Positions 53,914 to 63,902 of a DNA stretch of 64,000 nucleotides are shown here, one piece after another. Within the stretch, counting starts at the first letter, position 1. Each line of letters begins with the position of its first letter. The notes under the pieces are model-generated. The model searched no databases, was not told where the DNA came from, and saw only the letters and a program-made list of their open reading frames with translations. Both the position numbers and the translations under genes were made by a program. Origin of the DNA: Clostridium sp. CAG:343 (GTDB lineage Bacteria > Bacillota > Clostridia > Lachnospirales > Lachnospiraceae). Location of the stretch: contig CAVHCX010000003.1 in the NCBI GenBank assembly GCA_963634745.1, positions 66,435 through 130,434 on the forward strand, given 5' to 3'.

Positions 53914-54456
53914 TTAATAATTTTCTTCATGAATTTCAAAATAGCTCTTTGGATGTGCACAAACAGGACAGACTTCCGGTGCCTTGGTTCCTACTACAAT
54001 GTGTCCGCAGTTACGGCACTCCCAAACCTTTACCTCGCTCTTTTCAAATACCTGAGCAGTCTCAATGTTCTTAAGAAGGGCACGATATCTTTCCTCATGA
54101 TGCTTCTCGATCTGGCCGACTGCTCTGAATTTTGCAGCGAGTTCCGGGAATCCTTCTTCCTCAGCGGTCTTTGCAAAGCCTTCATACATATCGGTCCACT
54201 CATAGTTTTCTCCCTCAGCAGCTGCTGCCAGGTTTTCCTTGGTATCGCCGATTCCCGCTAATTCCTTGAACCACATCTTTGCATGTTCCTTCTCATTGTC
54301 AGCAGTTTTCAAAAACAAAGAAGACATCTGCTCATATCCTTCCTTCTTTGCTACAGATGCAAAGTAGGTATACTTATTTCTTGCCTGAGATTCTCCTGCA
54401 AATGCTTCCTGTAAGTTTTTTTCTGTCTGGGTTCCTGCATACTTATTTGTTGCCAT
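53914..54456 (-). CDS. rbr: rubrerythrin
   Basis: 180 aa. N-terminal diiron ferritin-like domain ([23 protein letters not shown]...EKEHAKMW) plus a C-terminal rubredoxin-like CRNCG...CPVC. Confidence 0.95.
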   Translation of the reverse strand: MATNKYAGTQTEKNLQEAFAGESQARNKYTYFASVAKKEGYEQMSSLFLKTADNEKEHAKMWFKELAGIGDTKENLAAAAEGENYEWTDMYEGFAKTAEEEGFPELAAKFRAVGQIEKHHEERYRALLKNIETAQVFEKSEVKVWECRNCGHIVVGTKAPEVCPVCAHPKSYFEIHEENY

Positions 54457-54565
54457 GTTTTCCTCCTTTTGGAACTTCCTTTTAGAGCCTTTTAAGCCTC
54501 CAAAAACGGCTCCCTTCTTTTATTTTCTAGACCTAATTTTAGCCCATATTTTTCTGATTTTCAAG

Positions 54566-55927
54566 CTAATCGGCCTTATAAAAGGGCCCTTGCCTCTTCT
54601 CTTTTTTTCGAAGAAAGAGGTAGCAGGAAAGGCAAAGAAGAAGCTGTACGATGGAGGACATTGGAGTTGCCAAGCCGATTTTAAAAAGCGAAGTTTCCGG
54701 CAGCCTGCTCATGAAATAAGAAACCGGCACTCGAACCCCGAAGGCTCCTATAATCCCCTGGATCATAACAAATTTTGTAAGGCCGATTCCATTATAAAAA
54801 CCTGTAAAACAGAAGAAAATGGCCGTAAACATACAATCGATGGCATAGGCTTTCAGATAATCTGTAGCTGCCGCAATTACCCTAGGATCCGAAGAAAAGA
54901 TTCCCGCCATATGACTTCCGCCAAAAAATGTGGCAAAAAACATAAGGACTCCAATGGCCCCGGAAAGCACCATTCCGCCGAACAAGGCCTTCCTGGCCCG
55001 GTCCATTTTTCCGGCCCCATAATTTTGCGCCACAAAGGCGGACATGGATTGCATAAAGGCGATAGAAATCAACATAATAAAGGCACATACCTTTTCAGCC
55101 ACCCCTACGCCTGCGCTAGCATCAACCCCCATAGAATTTACAATGGCAAGAATGATCAAAAAGGACAGGCTTACCAAAAGATCCTGCAGGGCAATGGGGG
55201 CTCCAAGCCCTACCATCTTCTTCAAATACAAGCCATGGATTCTCAAATTTTCTCTTCCTATGGTAAATGGTAATTCTTTTTTTCTTATGAAGCCCCAGGA
55301 AACAATCACGCTGACCACCTGGGCAAATACCGTCGCTATGGCTGCTCCGCCGGTCCCCATCCCAAGGACTCCGCACAAGAAAAGGTCTCCCACAATATTG
55401 CAAACACAGGCGATTCCCACGGTCAGAAGGGGAGTCCTTGAATCTCCCAGCCCCCTAAAAATACAGCCGATCAGATTGTAGGCTACAATAACGATCATAC
55501 CACCGCCACAGATACGAACATAGGCTACCGTTTTATCAAATGCACTCTCCGGGGCATGCATAATCTGGCTAATCTGTCCTGCGAAAAGCACCAGTAAGAT
55601 GCTGGCAATACAGGCAAGAATTCCAAACATCACAATGGCAGTTCCCACGGTCTTGCCGCCCTCCTGCTTCTTACCGCTTCCGATCTGCTGGCCTAAAAGG
55701 ATGGTGGTTCCCATGGCAAAGCTACTAACCAGGTTGGTCAGTGTCGTCATAATTTGGGATCCTGTAGATACCGCGGAGACATCCGCAGAAGTGGCAAACC
55801 TTCCCACCACCAAAAGATCCACCGCACCGTACATAGCTTGCAAAAACAAGGCAAAGAGCACCGGCCCCGCAAACATAATAAGGGGCTGCATAATTTTCCC
55901 CTCTGTAAATGAAATATTCTCTTTCAT
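54566..55927 (-). CDS. MATE-family efflux transporter (intact)
   Basis: 453 aa, 12 TM, with typical MatE repeats. Confidence 0.9.
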   Translation of the reverse strand: MKENISFTEGKIMQPLIMFAGPVLFALFLQAMYGAVDLLVVGRFATSADVSAVSTGSQIMTTLTNLVSSFAMGTTILLGQQIGSGKKQEGGKTVGTAIVMFGILACIASILLVLFAGQISQIMHAPESAFDKTVAYVRICGGGMIVIVAYNLIGCIFRGLGDSRTPLLTVGIACVCNIVGDLFLCGVLGMGTGGAAIATVFAQVVSVIVSWGFIRKKELPFTIGRENLRIHGLYLKKMVGLGAPIALQDLLVSLSFLIILAIVNSMGVDASAGVGVAEKVCAFIMLISIAFMQSMSAFVAQNYGAGKMDRARKALFGGMVLSGAIGVLMFFATFFGGSHMAGIFSSDPRVIAAATDYLKAYAIDCMFTAIFFCFTGFYNGIGLTKFVMIQGIIGAFGVRVPVSYFMSRLPETSLFKIGLATPMSSIVQLLLCLSCYLFLRKKEKRQGPFYKAD

Positions 55928-55972
55928 CTGAATCTCCTCTCTTTTTCGGATGGATGATTAAAAAATTCTATG

Positions 55973-56026
55973 AAAGAAAAAAGCCGGATAAGAAGCAGAT
56001 ATTTCAATCTGCCATCTTATCCGGCT
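55973..56026 (-). terminator. terminator after the aminopeptidase gene
   Basis: Minus strand has AGCCGGATAAGATGGCAGAT-tgaaat-ATCTGCTTCTTATCCGGCT followed by TTTTTTC. Confidence 0.8.
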
Positions 56027-56140
56027 ATTGTTTCTTACGAACAATTCACCCTCCGATGAACACCGAAAGTGTACTAAAAATCCCTATCTTTGTCAAGCAA
56101 GAAAATCTAGGAAATTTAATAAAAATTTTGATGAAAAAAT

Positions 56141-57391
56141 TTAATTCATAAAGGCCTCGATATCCTCTGTGGTCCTTGGAATATTTCCGGAGAGATTTTC
56201 ACATCCATCCTCTGTTACTAGGCAGTTGTCCTCCAGACGGAAGCCAATACCCCATTCTTCATGATAAATTCCAACATCAATACAAAATACCATACCAGGT
56301 GCGATAATCTCCGGAGTCTCTACCACATCATGTACATCATAACCGATATGATGTGCTCCCGCATGCCACATATAAGTTCCTATCTCCTCATAAGAAGATA
56401 AAACCCCGGCATCCTTTAGACGCTCATAGTTGTATCTTCGAATGGTGGCATCCACATCTGCCATCTTCATACCCGGGCGGATGATTTCAAACATATGATT
56501 GGATGTATCTAAGGCACAGTCAAATAAGAGCTTTTGTTTTGGACTATAACGTCCGTTACAAGGCCATCCTCTGGAGACGTCGGTAATAAGGTTGTCCCAC
56601 TGGGCACCCACGTCATTTAGGATAATATCTCCATCCTTGGCCTGTCCTTCATAACTATAGTAGTGAATACAGAAATTATTCTCTCCTGCAGAAATAATAG
56701 AAGGAAATCCCGGTCCCTTAGGGCCATATTGACCCAAAGCCCTGTCAAACTCTGCCTTATACTGATACTCGTACATGCCGGGTTTTGAAGCCTTCATCAT
56801 GGCCAAAATTCCGTCTTTCGTAATATCTTCCGCCTTTCTTAGGGCTTCGATTTCGCAGGGCTGCTTAATAAGACGCAGCTTCCTTATAAGGGCATTTGCA
56901 TTCCCGATCGAAAGAAAGGGAACTTGCTTTTGTATATAATCAGAAAATTTCTGAGCCGGGCGATCCAGCTCCTTGCTTCCAATACGGTAGAGGTCCAGGT
57001 ATACAGACCCATAATTTCCGCTAAAAGCCAGGGTCCTAAAATCTCCCTCGAAGCGGTCCTTAGAGCGCACATCCTCCACGCCGGACTGGTCTGTGGCTTC
57101 ATAAGCTTTTACCCGGCGGCCCGTCCAACGTTCTGCATGAGGATCCGGGGGTAAAATGTAAAGTTGCTCTTTCACCACACCTTCTCCATCTTTGGCCGCC
57201 AAAAGTACGGCTTCCTTGCATTCTAGGCCTGTCAGATATACAAAACTTCGATCTGCAAAGAACGGATAATACTCATCGTTGGTCTTAATAATCTCCTCCC
57301 CGGAAAAAAGCACCAAAAGCGTTCCCTCCGGAAGGGCCTCATAAAGCCTCATACGATTCCCCTTATGAAATTCTGCCTTCATAATTTCCAT
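56141..57391 (-). CDS. Xaa-Pro aminopeptidase (M24B, AMP_N + pita-bread fold)
   Basis: 416 aa. The metal-ligand pattern of M24B is recognisable (DVGAQWDNLITDVSR, HHIGYDVHD, EEWGIGFRLED). Confidence 0.85.
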   Translation of the reverse strand: MEIMKAEFHKGNRMRLYEALPEGTLLVLFSGEEIIKTNDEYYPFFADRSFVYLTGLECKEAVLLAAKDGEGVVKEQLYILPPDPHAERWTGRRVKAYEATDQSGVEDVRSKDRFEGDFRTLAFSGNYGSVYLDLYRIGSKELDRPAQKFSDYIQKQVPFLSIGNANALIRKLRLIKQPCEIEALRKAEDITKDGILAMMKASKPGMYEYQYKAEFDRALGQYGPKGPGFPSIISAGENNFCIHYYSYEGQAKDGDIILNDVGAQWDNLITDVSRGWPCNGRYSPKQKLLFDCALDTSNHMFEIIRPGMKMADVDATIRRYNYERLKDAGVLSSYEEIGTYMWHAGAHHIGYDVHDVVETPEIIAPGMVFCIDVGIYHEEWGIGFRLEDNCLVTEDGCENLSGNIPRTTEDIEAFMN

Positions 57392-57442
57392 ACCTCTTTT
57401 CTTCTATCCCTATTCTAATTCCACCTAGGATTTCTATTCTAG

Positions 57443-58417
57443 CTAGGCTTCTTTATCCATCAAGTGGCAGGCAACAATATGGCCCGGCTTGATCTCCCTC
57501 GCCTTAGGAGTCTCCTTGTGGCAACGCTCGGTTGCATACTGGCAACGGCTTGCAAAACGGCAGCCTTCCTTCGGATTAATAGGAGAACTGATTTCTCCTT
57601 CAATTGGAATACGCTTATTTGCCTTTGCCTTTACAGGGTCTGCCTCCGGAACTGCAGAGAGGAGGGCTTTGGTATAAGGATGCATTGGATTTGCATAAAG
57701 CTCCTCGGTCTTTGCAGTCTCCACGACTGTTCCCAAGTACATAACCACCACTCGGTCTGAGATATATTTTACCACACTTAGGTCGTGAGCGATAAATAAA
57801 TAAGTCAGACCCTTGCTCTCTTGAAGTTCCTTTAACATATTAATAACCTGGGCCTGAATAGATACGTCCAAGGCGGAAATCGGCTCATCGCAGATAATAA
57901 ATTCAGGATCTACCGAAAGGGCTCTTGCGATACCGATTCTCTGTTTCTGACCACCTGAGAACTCATGCGGAAATCTTGACATATGATCATGATTTAGACC
58001 TACGGTTGCCAAAAGTTCCTGAACCTTGCTTTCCGTTTCCTTGGCTGACATTCCACGGTTCTTAAGACCCTCCCCAACGATTTCCTTAACGGTCATTCTG
58101 GGATTTAAGGATGCATAAGGATTTTGGAAGATCATCTGCACCTTGTTGCAAAATTCCTTCTTTCCCTTCTTGTCTAATTTTGAAATGTCCTGTCCATCAT
58201 AGATGACCTCTCCGGCAGTCGCATCATAAAGTCTGATCAGACAGCGGCCGGTGGTAGACTTTCCGCAACCGGACTCTCCTACCAGTCCCAGGGTCTCCCC
58301 TCTGTAAATATCAAAGCTAACATGGTCCACAGCCTTCAATGTGGCAGAATGACTGATATGGAAATATTTACATAAGTCCTTTACCTGTACGAGAGGCTTC
58401 TCATTTACTTGTCCCAT
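57443..58417 (-). CDS. oppF: oligopeptide ABC transporter ATP-binding protein
   Basis: Walker A GESGCGKST, signature SGGQKQR and the C-terminal oligo_HPY extension. Confidence 0.9.
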   Translation of the reverse strand: MGQVNEKPLVQVKDLCKYFHISHSATLKAVDHVSFDIYRGETLGLVGESGCGKSTTGRCLIRLYDATAGEVIYDGQDISKLDKKGKKEFCNKVQMIFQNPYASLNPRMTVKEIVGEGLKNRGMSAKETESKVQELLATVGLNHDHMSRFPHEFSGGQKQRIGIARALSVDPEFIICDEPISALDVSIQAQVINMLKELQESKGLTYLFIAHDLSVVKYISDRVVVMYLGTVVETAKTEELYANPMHPYTKALLSAVPEADPVKAKANKRIPIEGEISSPINPKEGCRFASRCQYATERCHKETPKAREIKPGHIVACHLMDKEA

Positions 58418-58418
58418 C

Positions 58419-59450
58419 TTACACCTCTCCTTTCCTTAGTACCTTTTTCTTAAGGCTTGTTTCCGGTGCCATTTCATGCTGCAGCCAGCAGCAGGTCTCA
58501 TGTTCCTCTGAAACCATATAGTGCTCCGGAGGATTCTCCAGGCATACATCCATACAATACTCACATCTTGCTGCAAATGGACATCCCACCGGCGGGGAAA
58601 ATAAATCCGGAGGTGTTCCCTCAATCGGCTTTAATTTTTCTCCCTTTTGGGTATCAAGCCGGGCAATAGAATCCATAAGTCCCTTGGTATAAGGGTGGGC
58701 GGTTTCATAGAAGAGCTCATTGATCGGAGCCTTCTCCACGATCTTACCACCGTACATAACTACGACCCGGTCACAAAGTCTTGCGATTACTCCCAGATCA
58801 TGGGTGATCATAATAATAGAAGTTCCGAATTTATCTCGAAGTTCCAGCAAAAGATCCAAAATCTGGGCCTCTATGGTTACATCCAAAGAAGTGGTAGGCT
58901 CATCACAGATAATCACGCTGGGCTGACTTACCAAGGCAATGGCAATCATAATACGCTGCTTCATTCCTCCGGAGAGCTCATGGGGATACTGTTTATAACG
59001 CTTCTCCACATCATTGATTCCAACAAGCCGCATAATATCAAGGGCTTTTTCTTTCACTTCTTTTTTGGATACATCTTTTCTTCCGCAGAATACTTCCTCA
59101 ATCTGCGCTCCTACTTTCATGGTAGGATTTAGGGAGGTCATAGGATCCTGGAATACGAAGCCAATCTCATTTCCCCTAATCTTGCGGATTTCTTTATTTG
59201 ACATCTTAAGGACATCCTGTCCCTTGTATAAAATCTCTCCACCTTCAAAAAATCCCGGTGGTTCCGGATTCAATCTTAAAATACACTGGGCCGTTACACT
59301 TTTTCCGCATCCGGATTCTCCAACGATACCCAAAATCTCGCCTTTGTTTACATCAAAGCTTATATCACGTACAGCCTTTACTTCTCCTCCATAGGTACGG
59401 AAGGAATAGACCACATTCTTTAATTCAAGAATTTTTTCTTTCTCTGACAT
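58419..59450 (-). CDS. oppD: oligopeptide ABC transporter ATP-binding protein
   Basis: Walker A GESGCGKSV, signature SGGMKQR and a C-terminal Cys-rich oligo_HPY tail. Confidence 0.9.
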   Translation of the reverse strand: MSEKEKILELKNVVYSFRTYGGEVKAVRDISFDVNKGEILGIVGESGCGKSVTAQCILRLNPEPPGFFEGGEILYKGQDVLKMSNKEIRKIRGNEIGFVFQDPMTSLNPTMKVGAQIEEVFCGRKDVSKKEVKEKALDIMRLVGINDVEKRYKQYPHELSGGMKQRIMIAIALVSQPSVIICDEPTTSLDVTIEAQILDLLLELRDKFGTSIIMITHDLGVIARLCDRVVVMYGGKIVEKAPINELFYETAHPYTKGLMDSIARLDTQKGEKLKPIEGTPPDLFSPPVGCPFAARCEYCMDVCLENPPEHYMVSEEHETCCWLQHEMAPETSLKKKVLRKGEV

Positions 59451-59461
59451 GTTTCTCTCTC

Positions 59462-60394
59462 CTATTCTGTTCCTCGAAGTTTCGGATCTACTGCATCACG
59501 AAGTCCATCTCCCAAGAGATTGAGGGCCAGCATGGTCGTACAGATAAAGAATGCCGGAAGAACAATCTCATGAGGATAAATTTTCATATACTGAATTCCT
59601 TCTTTTGCAAGAACACCCCAACTACAATTCGGAGGAGCGATACCAAGTCCGATATAGCTTAAGAAGGCTTCCTGGAAAATCGCATTAGGAATTGCCATAC
59701 AAAGGTTGGTAATCAGCATTCCTAAAATATTGGGAATGATATGACGAAGAATAATAACAATGTCTGAAACGCCAAGAACCTTAGCAGCCAGGACAAAATC
59801 CTGCTCTTTCAGTCTATAAACCTCACCACGAACGAAACGACAGGTTCCGATCCATCCAACGATACACATAGCAACGATCAGGCAGGCAACACCTTTTCCT
59901 AAGATGATCATAACCAGGATGGTAATAATCAGACTTGGAATACCATAGAGGATATCCACAATTCGCATAACGATCATATCTAATTTTCCACCATAGTATC
60001 CGCAGAGGCCTCCGATTACTGCACCTACACACATATTAATAAATGCAGACAAAAATCCAATGGCCAGAGAAACTCTTGCTCCCATCCAGACACGGACCCA
60101 CTGATCACGGCCGGTAGCATCACAGCCTAACCAGTGTTTTAATGACGGCAGGGCATGAATGGAATCTACATCCATGGCAGAAAATTTATAATGACTTAAT
60201 ACAGGGGCAAAAAGTGCCAGCAAAACATAGAGTACAATAATACATAAACCGATAAAAGCCGAACGATTCTTCTTCAATCGTCTCCATGCATCCTGCCAGA
60301 AAGAAAGTGACGGTCTGCTGATGGACTCCATACGTTCCGTATTCTTTCCCTTAATCACAAACATATCTTTATTTAATTCAGCCACTTCTCTCAC
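59462..60394 (-). CDS. oppC: oligopeptide ABC transporter permease
   Basis: 310 aa BPD_transp_1 protein with the OppC-type N-terminus. Confidence 0.9.
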   Translation of the reverse strand: MREVAELNKDMFVIKGKNTERMESISRPSLSFWQDAWRRLKKNRSAFIGLCIIVLYVLLALFAPVLSHYKFSAMDVDSIHALPSLKHWLGCDATGRDQWVRVWMGARVSLAIGFLSAFINMCVGAVIGGLCGYYGGKLDMIVMRIVDILYGIPSLIITILVMIILGKGVACLIVAMCIVGWIGTCRFVRGEVYRLKEQDFVLAAKVLGVSDIVIILRHIIPNILGMLITNLCMAIPNAIFQEAFLSYIGLGIAPPNCSWGVLAKEGIQYMKIYPHEIVLPAFFICTTMLALNLLGDGLRDAVDPKLRGTE

Positions 60395-61315
60395 CTACCT
60401 TTTACCAATGCGGACACGTGGATCAGCCACACCGTACAAAATATCTACGATCAAGTTACAAAGTACCAGGAAGAATCCATAGAATACGGTCATTCCAAGG
60501 ATCATTGCATAGTCATTTTCATTGACACTGGATACATAATATTTACCCATTCCGGGGATAGCGAAAATAGATTCAATAACGAAGGTTCCTGTTAAAACCG
60601 ATGCTACGGTAGGTCCTAAGACTGTCATAACCGGCATAATGGCATTTCGTATCTGATGTCTGCAGGTAATACGCAGCTCAGAAAGTCCCTTCGACCTTGC
60701 AGTTTTAATATAATCCTGGGAAGTAACCTCAAGCATACTAGACCGCATGATCCTGGATACAGAAGCTAGGGTATAAAAAGCCAGGGCCGTAGCCGGAAGA
60801 ATGGTATATTCAAATCCAAGGTATTTTGCAATCGGGAACAATCCCCACTTGATTCCAAAGAAATATTGAAGGGTCGCACCCATAATAAAGTCCGGAATAC
60901 TCGTTCCGATAATTGCAATAATTACACAGAAGAAATCCAACTTCTTTCCACGGTTTCTTGCTGCAATAATACCAAGCACCAATCCAATAGAAATTGCCAG
61001 TACCAAGGCACGAATACCAAGGTCTGCTGAGAATGGGAAGGTCTGTCCTATAATATAATTTACCGTCTTATTGGTATACTTCATAGAATATCCGAAATTT
61101 CCCTGCAGCAGATTCAACAAATAAGTAAAATACTGTTGAATCAGGGGCTTGTCAAATCCATAGTAGGATCTCATATTTGCAGCAACTTCTTTCGTAAGCT
61201 TGGCGCTGGTAAATGGATCACCGGGCATCAACCTCACGAGAAAGAACACGATGGTAACCAGTGCCCAAAGTGTGAGGATTGCCGCAATCACTCGCTTTAC
61301 AATATACTTAGCCAT
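60395..61315 (-). CDS. oppB: oligopeptide ABC transporter permease
   Basis: 306 aa. The N-terminus MAKYIVKRVIAAILTLWALVTIVFFLVRLMPGDP is typical of OppB/DppB. Confidence 0.9.
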   Translation of the reverse strand: MAKYIVKRVIAAILTLWALVTIVFFLVRLMPGDPFTSAKLTKEVAANMRSYYGFDKPLIQQYFTYLLNLLQGNFGYSMKYTNKTVNYIIGQTFPFSADLGIRALVLAISIGLVLGIIAARNRGKKLDFFCVIIAIIGTSIPDFIMGATLQYFFGIKWGLFPIAKYLGFEYTILPATALAFYTLASVSRIMRSSMLEVTSQDYIKTARSKGLSELRITCRHQIRNAIMPVMTVLGPTVASVLTGTFVIESIFAIPGMGKYYVSSVNENDYAMILGMTVFYGFFLVLCNLIVDILYGVADPRVRIGKR

Positions 61316-61381
61316 CTTTACCCTCCTAATTTTAAGATTCTCGTATATTTATAACCTCTCATATTTACAAATAGAAAAGAG

Positions 61382-61474
61382 GATTCAGGAAAGGAAGAAA
61401 ACATTTCCTTCTTCCCTGAATCATCTTTTCCTTTAAATCCTTTACAGAGCCCCGACCAAAAGTTCGGGACTCTG
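61382..61474 (-). terminator. two stem-loops between oppA and oppB (partial terminator/attenuator)
   Basis: Minus-strand hairpin CAGAGTCCCGAActtttgGTCGGGGCTCTG (61474..61445), and an imperfect long hairpin GATTCAGGGAAGAAGGAAA...TTTCTTCCTTTCCTGAATC (61422..61382) followed by CTCTTTTCT. Confidence 0.5.
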
Positions 61475-61514
61475 CTTATGGATTATCATTATAGATTATA
61501 AAGAATCCTTATCA

Positions 61515-63182
61515 TTACTCAACGTCTACGTCTGCATATACCCAGTCGATATTCAAACTGCAGTAGTAGAAGTTAATTCCTGTAGTATCATCATCCAATA
61601 AGTAGTAAACATTTCTCTCCTGTAATGGTACGAAAGCTCCATCCTCAAGAATGATCTGCTCTGCCTGATTCAGCATATCCATACGAGTATCTGTATCGGT
61701 CTCTGTCTGAGATGCCTTTAAGAGAGAATCTACTTCTTCATTCTGATAGTTACTATAGTTGTATGAGCTGTCTCCTAAGAATAACTCGAGGTAGCTATAT
61801 GGATCATCATAATCTGATCCCCATCCGCCATATCCAACCTGGAAGTCATGCTCCGGATAAACCTTTCCATAAATATCTGAGTAAGTAACCTGACGAATAT
61901 CTACCTTGATTCCCAAGTTATTCTGCCATTGCTCCTGAATAACCTCTGCAATCTTCTTGCTGGATTCAGCATCTGTAGTAACAAATTCGATGGTAATATC
62001 GGAAGGACTTGAAATTCCAAGCTCAGGATTTGAAGTCTTCAGTTCCTCGATCGCTGTATTCAAATACTCTTTTGCCTTGTCCGTATCGCCTGCTAATGGG
62101 AAGGAGTAAGAATTTACATCATATTCCTCGCCATAGGTGCTATCCTTTGCCTGAAGTCCCGGGAATACCAAACCATTGAATGGTGTATAAACATCCTCAA
62201 CTGCAAGTTTTACATAGTCTTCTCTGTTCAGTGCATAGTTTAAAGCAAGACGGAAGTTCTTATTCTGAAGGGCCGGCTGCTCTTCACTTGCTGAGTTGAT
62301 ATAGCAGAAGTCTACGTTACCATTGGTAAATACTTCAGCCTCATCCTTGTACTGTGATACAGAAGCGGTTGGCACCTGTACATAATCAAGATCTCCGCTC
62401 TCATACATAGAAAGCTGTGTATCTGTATTCTCTACATAGTTAAGCTCACATCTGTCAAGATTAATGGAATCTGCATCCCAATAATTCTCATTCTTCTCAA
62501 ATACCCAAACGTTATTCTCAGAGCTTACCATCTTAAATGGTCCGGAGTAAACATTCTTATCAGCAGTTGCTGCAAAATCAGAACCATACTCTTCTACAAT
62601 ATCCTGACGAAGCGGAGCATACTGTCCGGAAGCACCGACTAAGCTTAAGAAGTAGGAAGTAGGATTCTCCAAGGTAACCTCAAGAGTTGTATCATCGATA
62701 GCCTTAACTCCCAGCTCATCTACAGACATCTCTCCGGTTTCAATAGCATGTCCATTCTTTAAATAATCTCCGATAAATGCATAAGGGGAAGCTGTCTCAG
62801 GATCAAGAAGTCTCTTCCAGCTGTATACGAAATCATCGGCTGTGATCTGCTCTCCGTCACTCCACTTTGCATCATCACGTAAGTGGAAGGTATAGGTAAG
62901 GCCATCATCTGAAATATCCCAGCTCTCTGCGATACCCGGCTGAACATCTCCGGCAGTATTACGAACCAAGCTTTCCGTAACTGCATGCTGGATCTCATTG
63001 TCACCAATACTCTGACCCTTGGTTGGATCCAAGGTTGTAGGCTCTGTGTTTACCGCATAACGGAATACCTTTTCTCCGGAATCACTGTCCCCGGATCCAC
63101 TGGTGCTAGGAGTGCTACATCCTGTAACCAGACCAGCCACCGTTACCATACATAAAAACGCTGCTAATACTTTCCTTTTCAT
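61515..63182 (-). CDS. oppA: peptide ABC transporter substrate-binding lipoprotein (SBP family 5)
   Basis: 555 aa. Lipobox VTGC with an S/G-rich linker, and the SBP_bac_5 pattern. Confidence 0.9.
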   Translation of the reverse strand: MKRKVLAAFLCMVTVAGLVTGCSTPSTSGSGDSDSGEKVFRYAVNTEPTTLDPTKGQSIGDNEIQHAVTESLVRNTAGDVQPGIAESWDISDDGLTYTFHLRDDAKWSDGEQITADDFVYSWKRLLDPETASPYAFIGDYLKNGHAIETGEMSVDELGVKAIDDTTLEVTLENPTSYFLSLVGASGQYAPLRQDIVEEYGSDFAATADKNVYSGPFKMVSSENNVWVFEKNENYWDADSINLDRCELNYVENTDTQLSMYESGDLDYVQVPTASVSQYKDEAEVFTNGNVDFCYINSASEEQPALQNKNFRLALNYALNREDYVKLAVEDVYTPFNGLVFPGLQAKDSTYGEEYDVNSYSFPLAGDTDKAKEYLNTAIEELKTSNPELGISSPSDITIEFVTTDAESSKKIAEVIQEQWQNNLGIKVDIRQVTYSDIYGKVYPEHDFQVGYGGWGSDYDDPYSYLELFLGDSSYNYSNYQNEEVDSLLKASQTETDTDTRMDMLNQAEQIILEDGAFVPLQERNVYYLLDDDTTGINFYYCSLNIDWVYADVDVE

Positions 63183-63261
63183 AAGTTATCCTCCTTTGTC
63201 AGTATTATTAGCTTTACTGCTCAAAAAAATCCCACAGAACAGACCGTAGTCTCTTTTTGAT

Positions 63262-63312
63262 ATAGAAAAAGCAAAGAAGAACCTAATTGGGAGCGCCCTT
63301 GCTCTTCTTTGC
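63262..63312 (-). promoter_or_regulatory. 5'-UTR hairpin plus U-tract just downstream of the opp promoter
   Basis: Minus strand has GCAAAGAAGAGC-aagggcgctcccaattag-GTTCTTCTTTGC followed by TTTTTCTATATC. It starts about 10 nt after the predicted TSS. Confidence 0.5.
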
Positions 63313-63329
63313 TTATATCAATTTCTTGC

Positions 63330-63359
63330 ATTATATTCCTCTTATTATAAGCCTGTCAA
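63330..63359 (-). promoter_or_regulatory. opp operon promoter
   Basis: Minus strand has TTGACA (63359..63354), an 18-nt spacer and TATAAT (63335..63330). Confidence 0.65.
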
Positions 63360-63639
63360 TGAAGTATTTTATCCAAAATTCAGATTTCAACCGGATTTTA
63401 TAGCATAAGTTCACTCAAAAGCCAGTAATAATCTAAAATTTTCTTCCCCATTTCAAAAACTCCTTAAAATATTATTTAGATTATATTCTTGTTTTCTATA
63501 CATTAAAACTTCGGTTTCTTTTAATTTTCTATTTTTTTATTTTTTTCTTATCCCTCTTTCTTATCCTGTCGTATAAAGGAGTAACAAGAAAAAACAATGC
63601 ACCAATCATAAGAAATATAAGATAGAAAGGGAGATTATT

Positions 63640-63834
63640 ATGACAGGAACATTACAGAGATTATTTGACTTTCAGCACTTTGCAGAAAACAAGAAGCTTC
63701 AGAGCATGATTGACGACACCATGGCTAGATATAGTGCAGACAGTCGTTCTGAAATCTGCGAGGATGATCTGAATATGTTATTCGCGGCCGGCAGCGCTGA
63801 CTACGCAGCCCCCAAGGATCCGACACTTATTTAA
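63640..63834 (+). CDS. small acidic hypothetical protein (64 aa)
   Basis: RBS AAAGGGAG lies 7 nt upstream of the ATG. A strong terminator follows 10 nt after the stop. No recognisable family. Confidence 0.55.
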   Translation: MTGTLQRLFDFQHFAENKKLQSMIDDTMARYSADSRSEICEDDLNMLFAAGSADYAAPKDPTLI

Positions 63835-63843
63835 AGTAAAAAA

Positions 63844-63897
63844 GAAGTCCCCAAGGAAAAGCGCTTTCCTTAGGGGCTTCTTTTTTATTTTTTTTAG
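63844..63897 (+). terminator. intrinsic terminator
   Basis: GAAGTCCCCAAGGAAA-gcgc-TTTCCTTAGGGGCTTC followed by TTTTTTATTTTTTTT. Confidence 0.9.
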
Positions 63898-63902
63898 AAA
63901 TC

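Noticed and set aside
54455-55273. 272-aa plus-strand ORF opposite the MATE transporter
   Set aside because: It is antisense to an intact 12-TM MATE gene, with a basic low-complexity sequence.
63375-63392. Possible CodY box (AAAATTCAGATTTCA) upstream of the opp promoter
   Set aside because: Only about 8 of 15 positions match AATTTTCWGAAAATT in the best register. That is not distinguishable from AT-rich background by eye.
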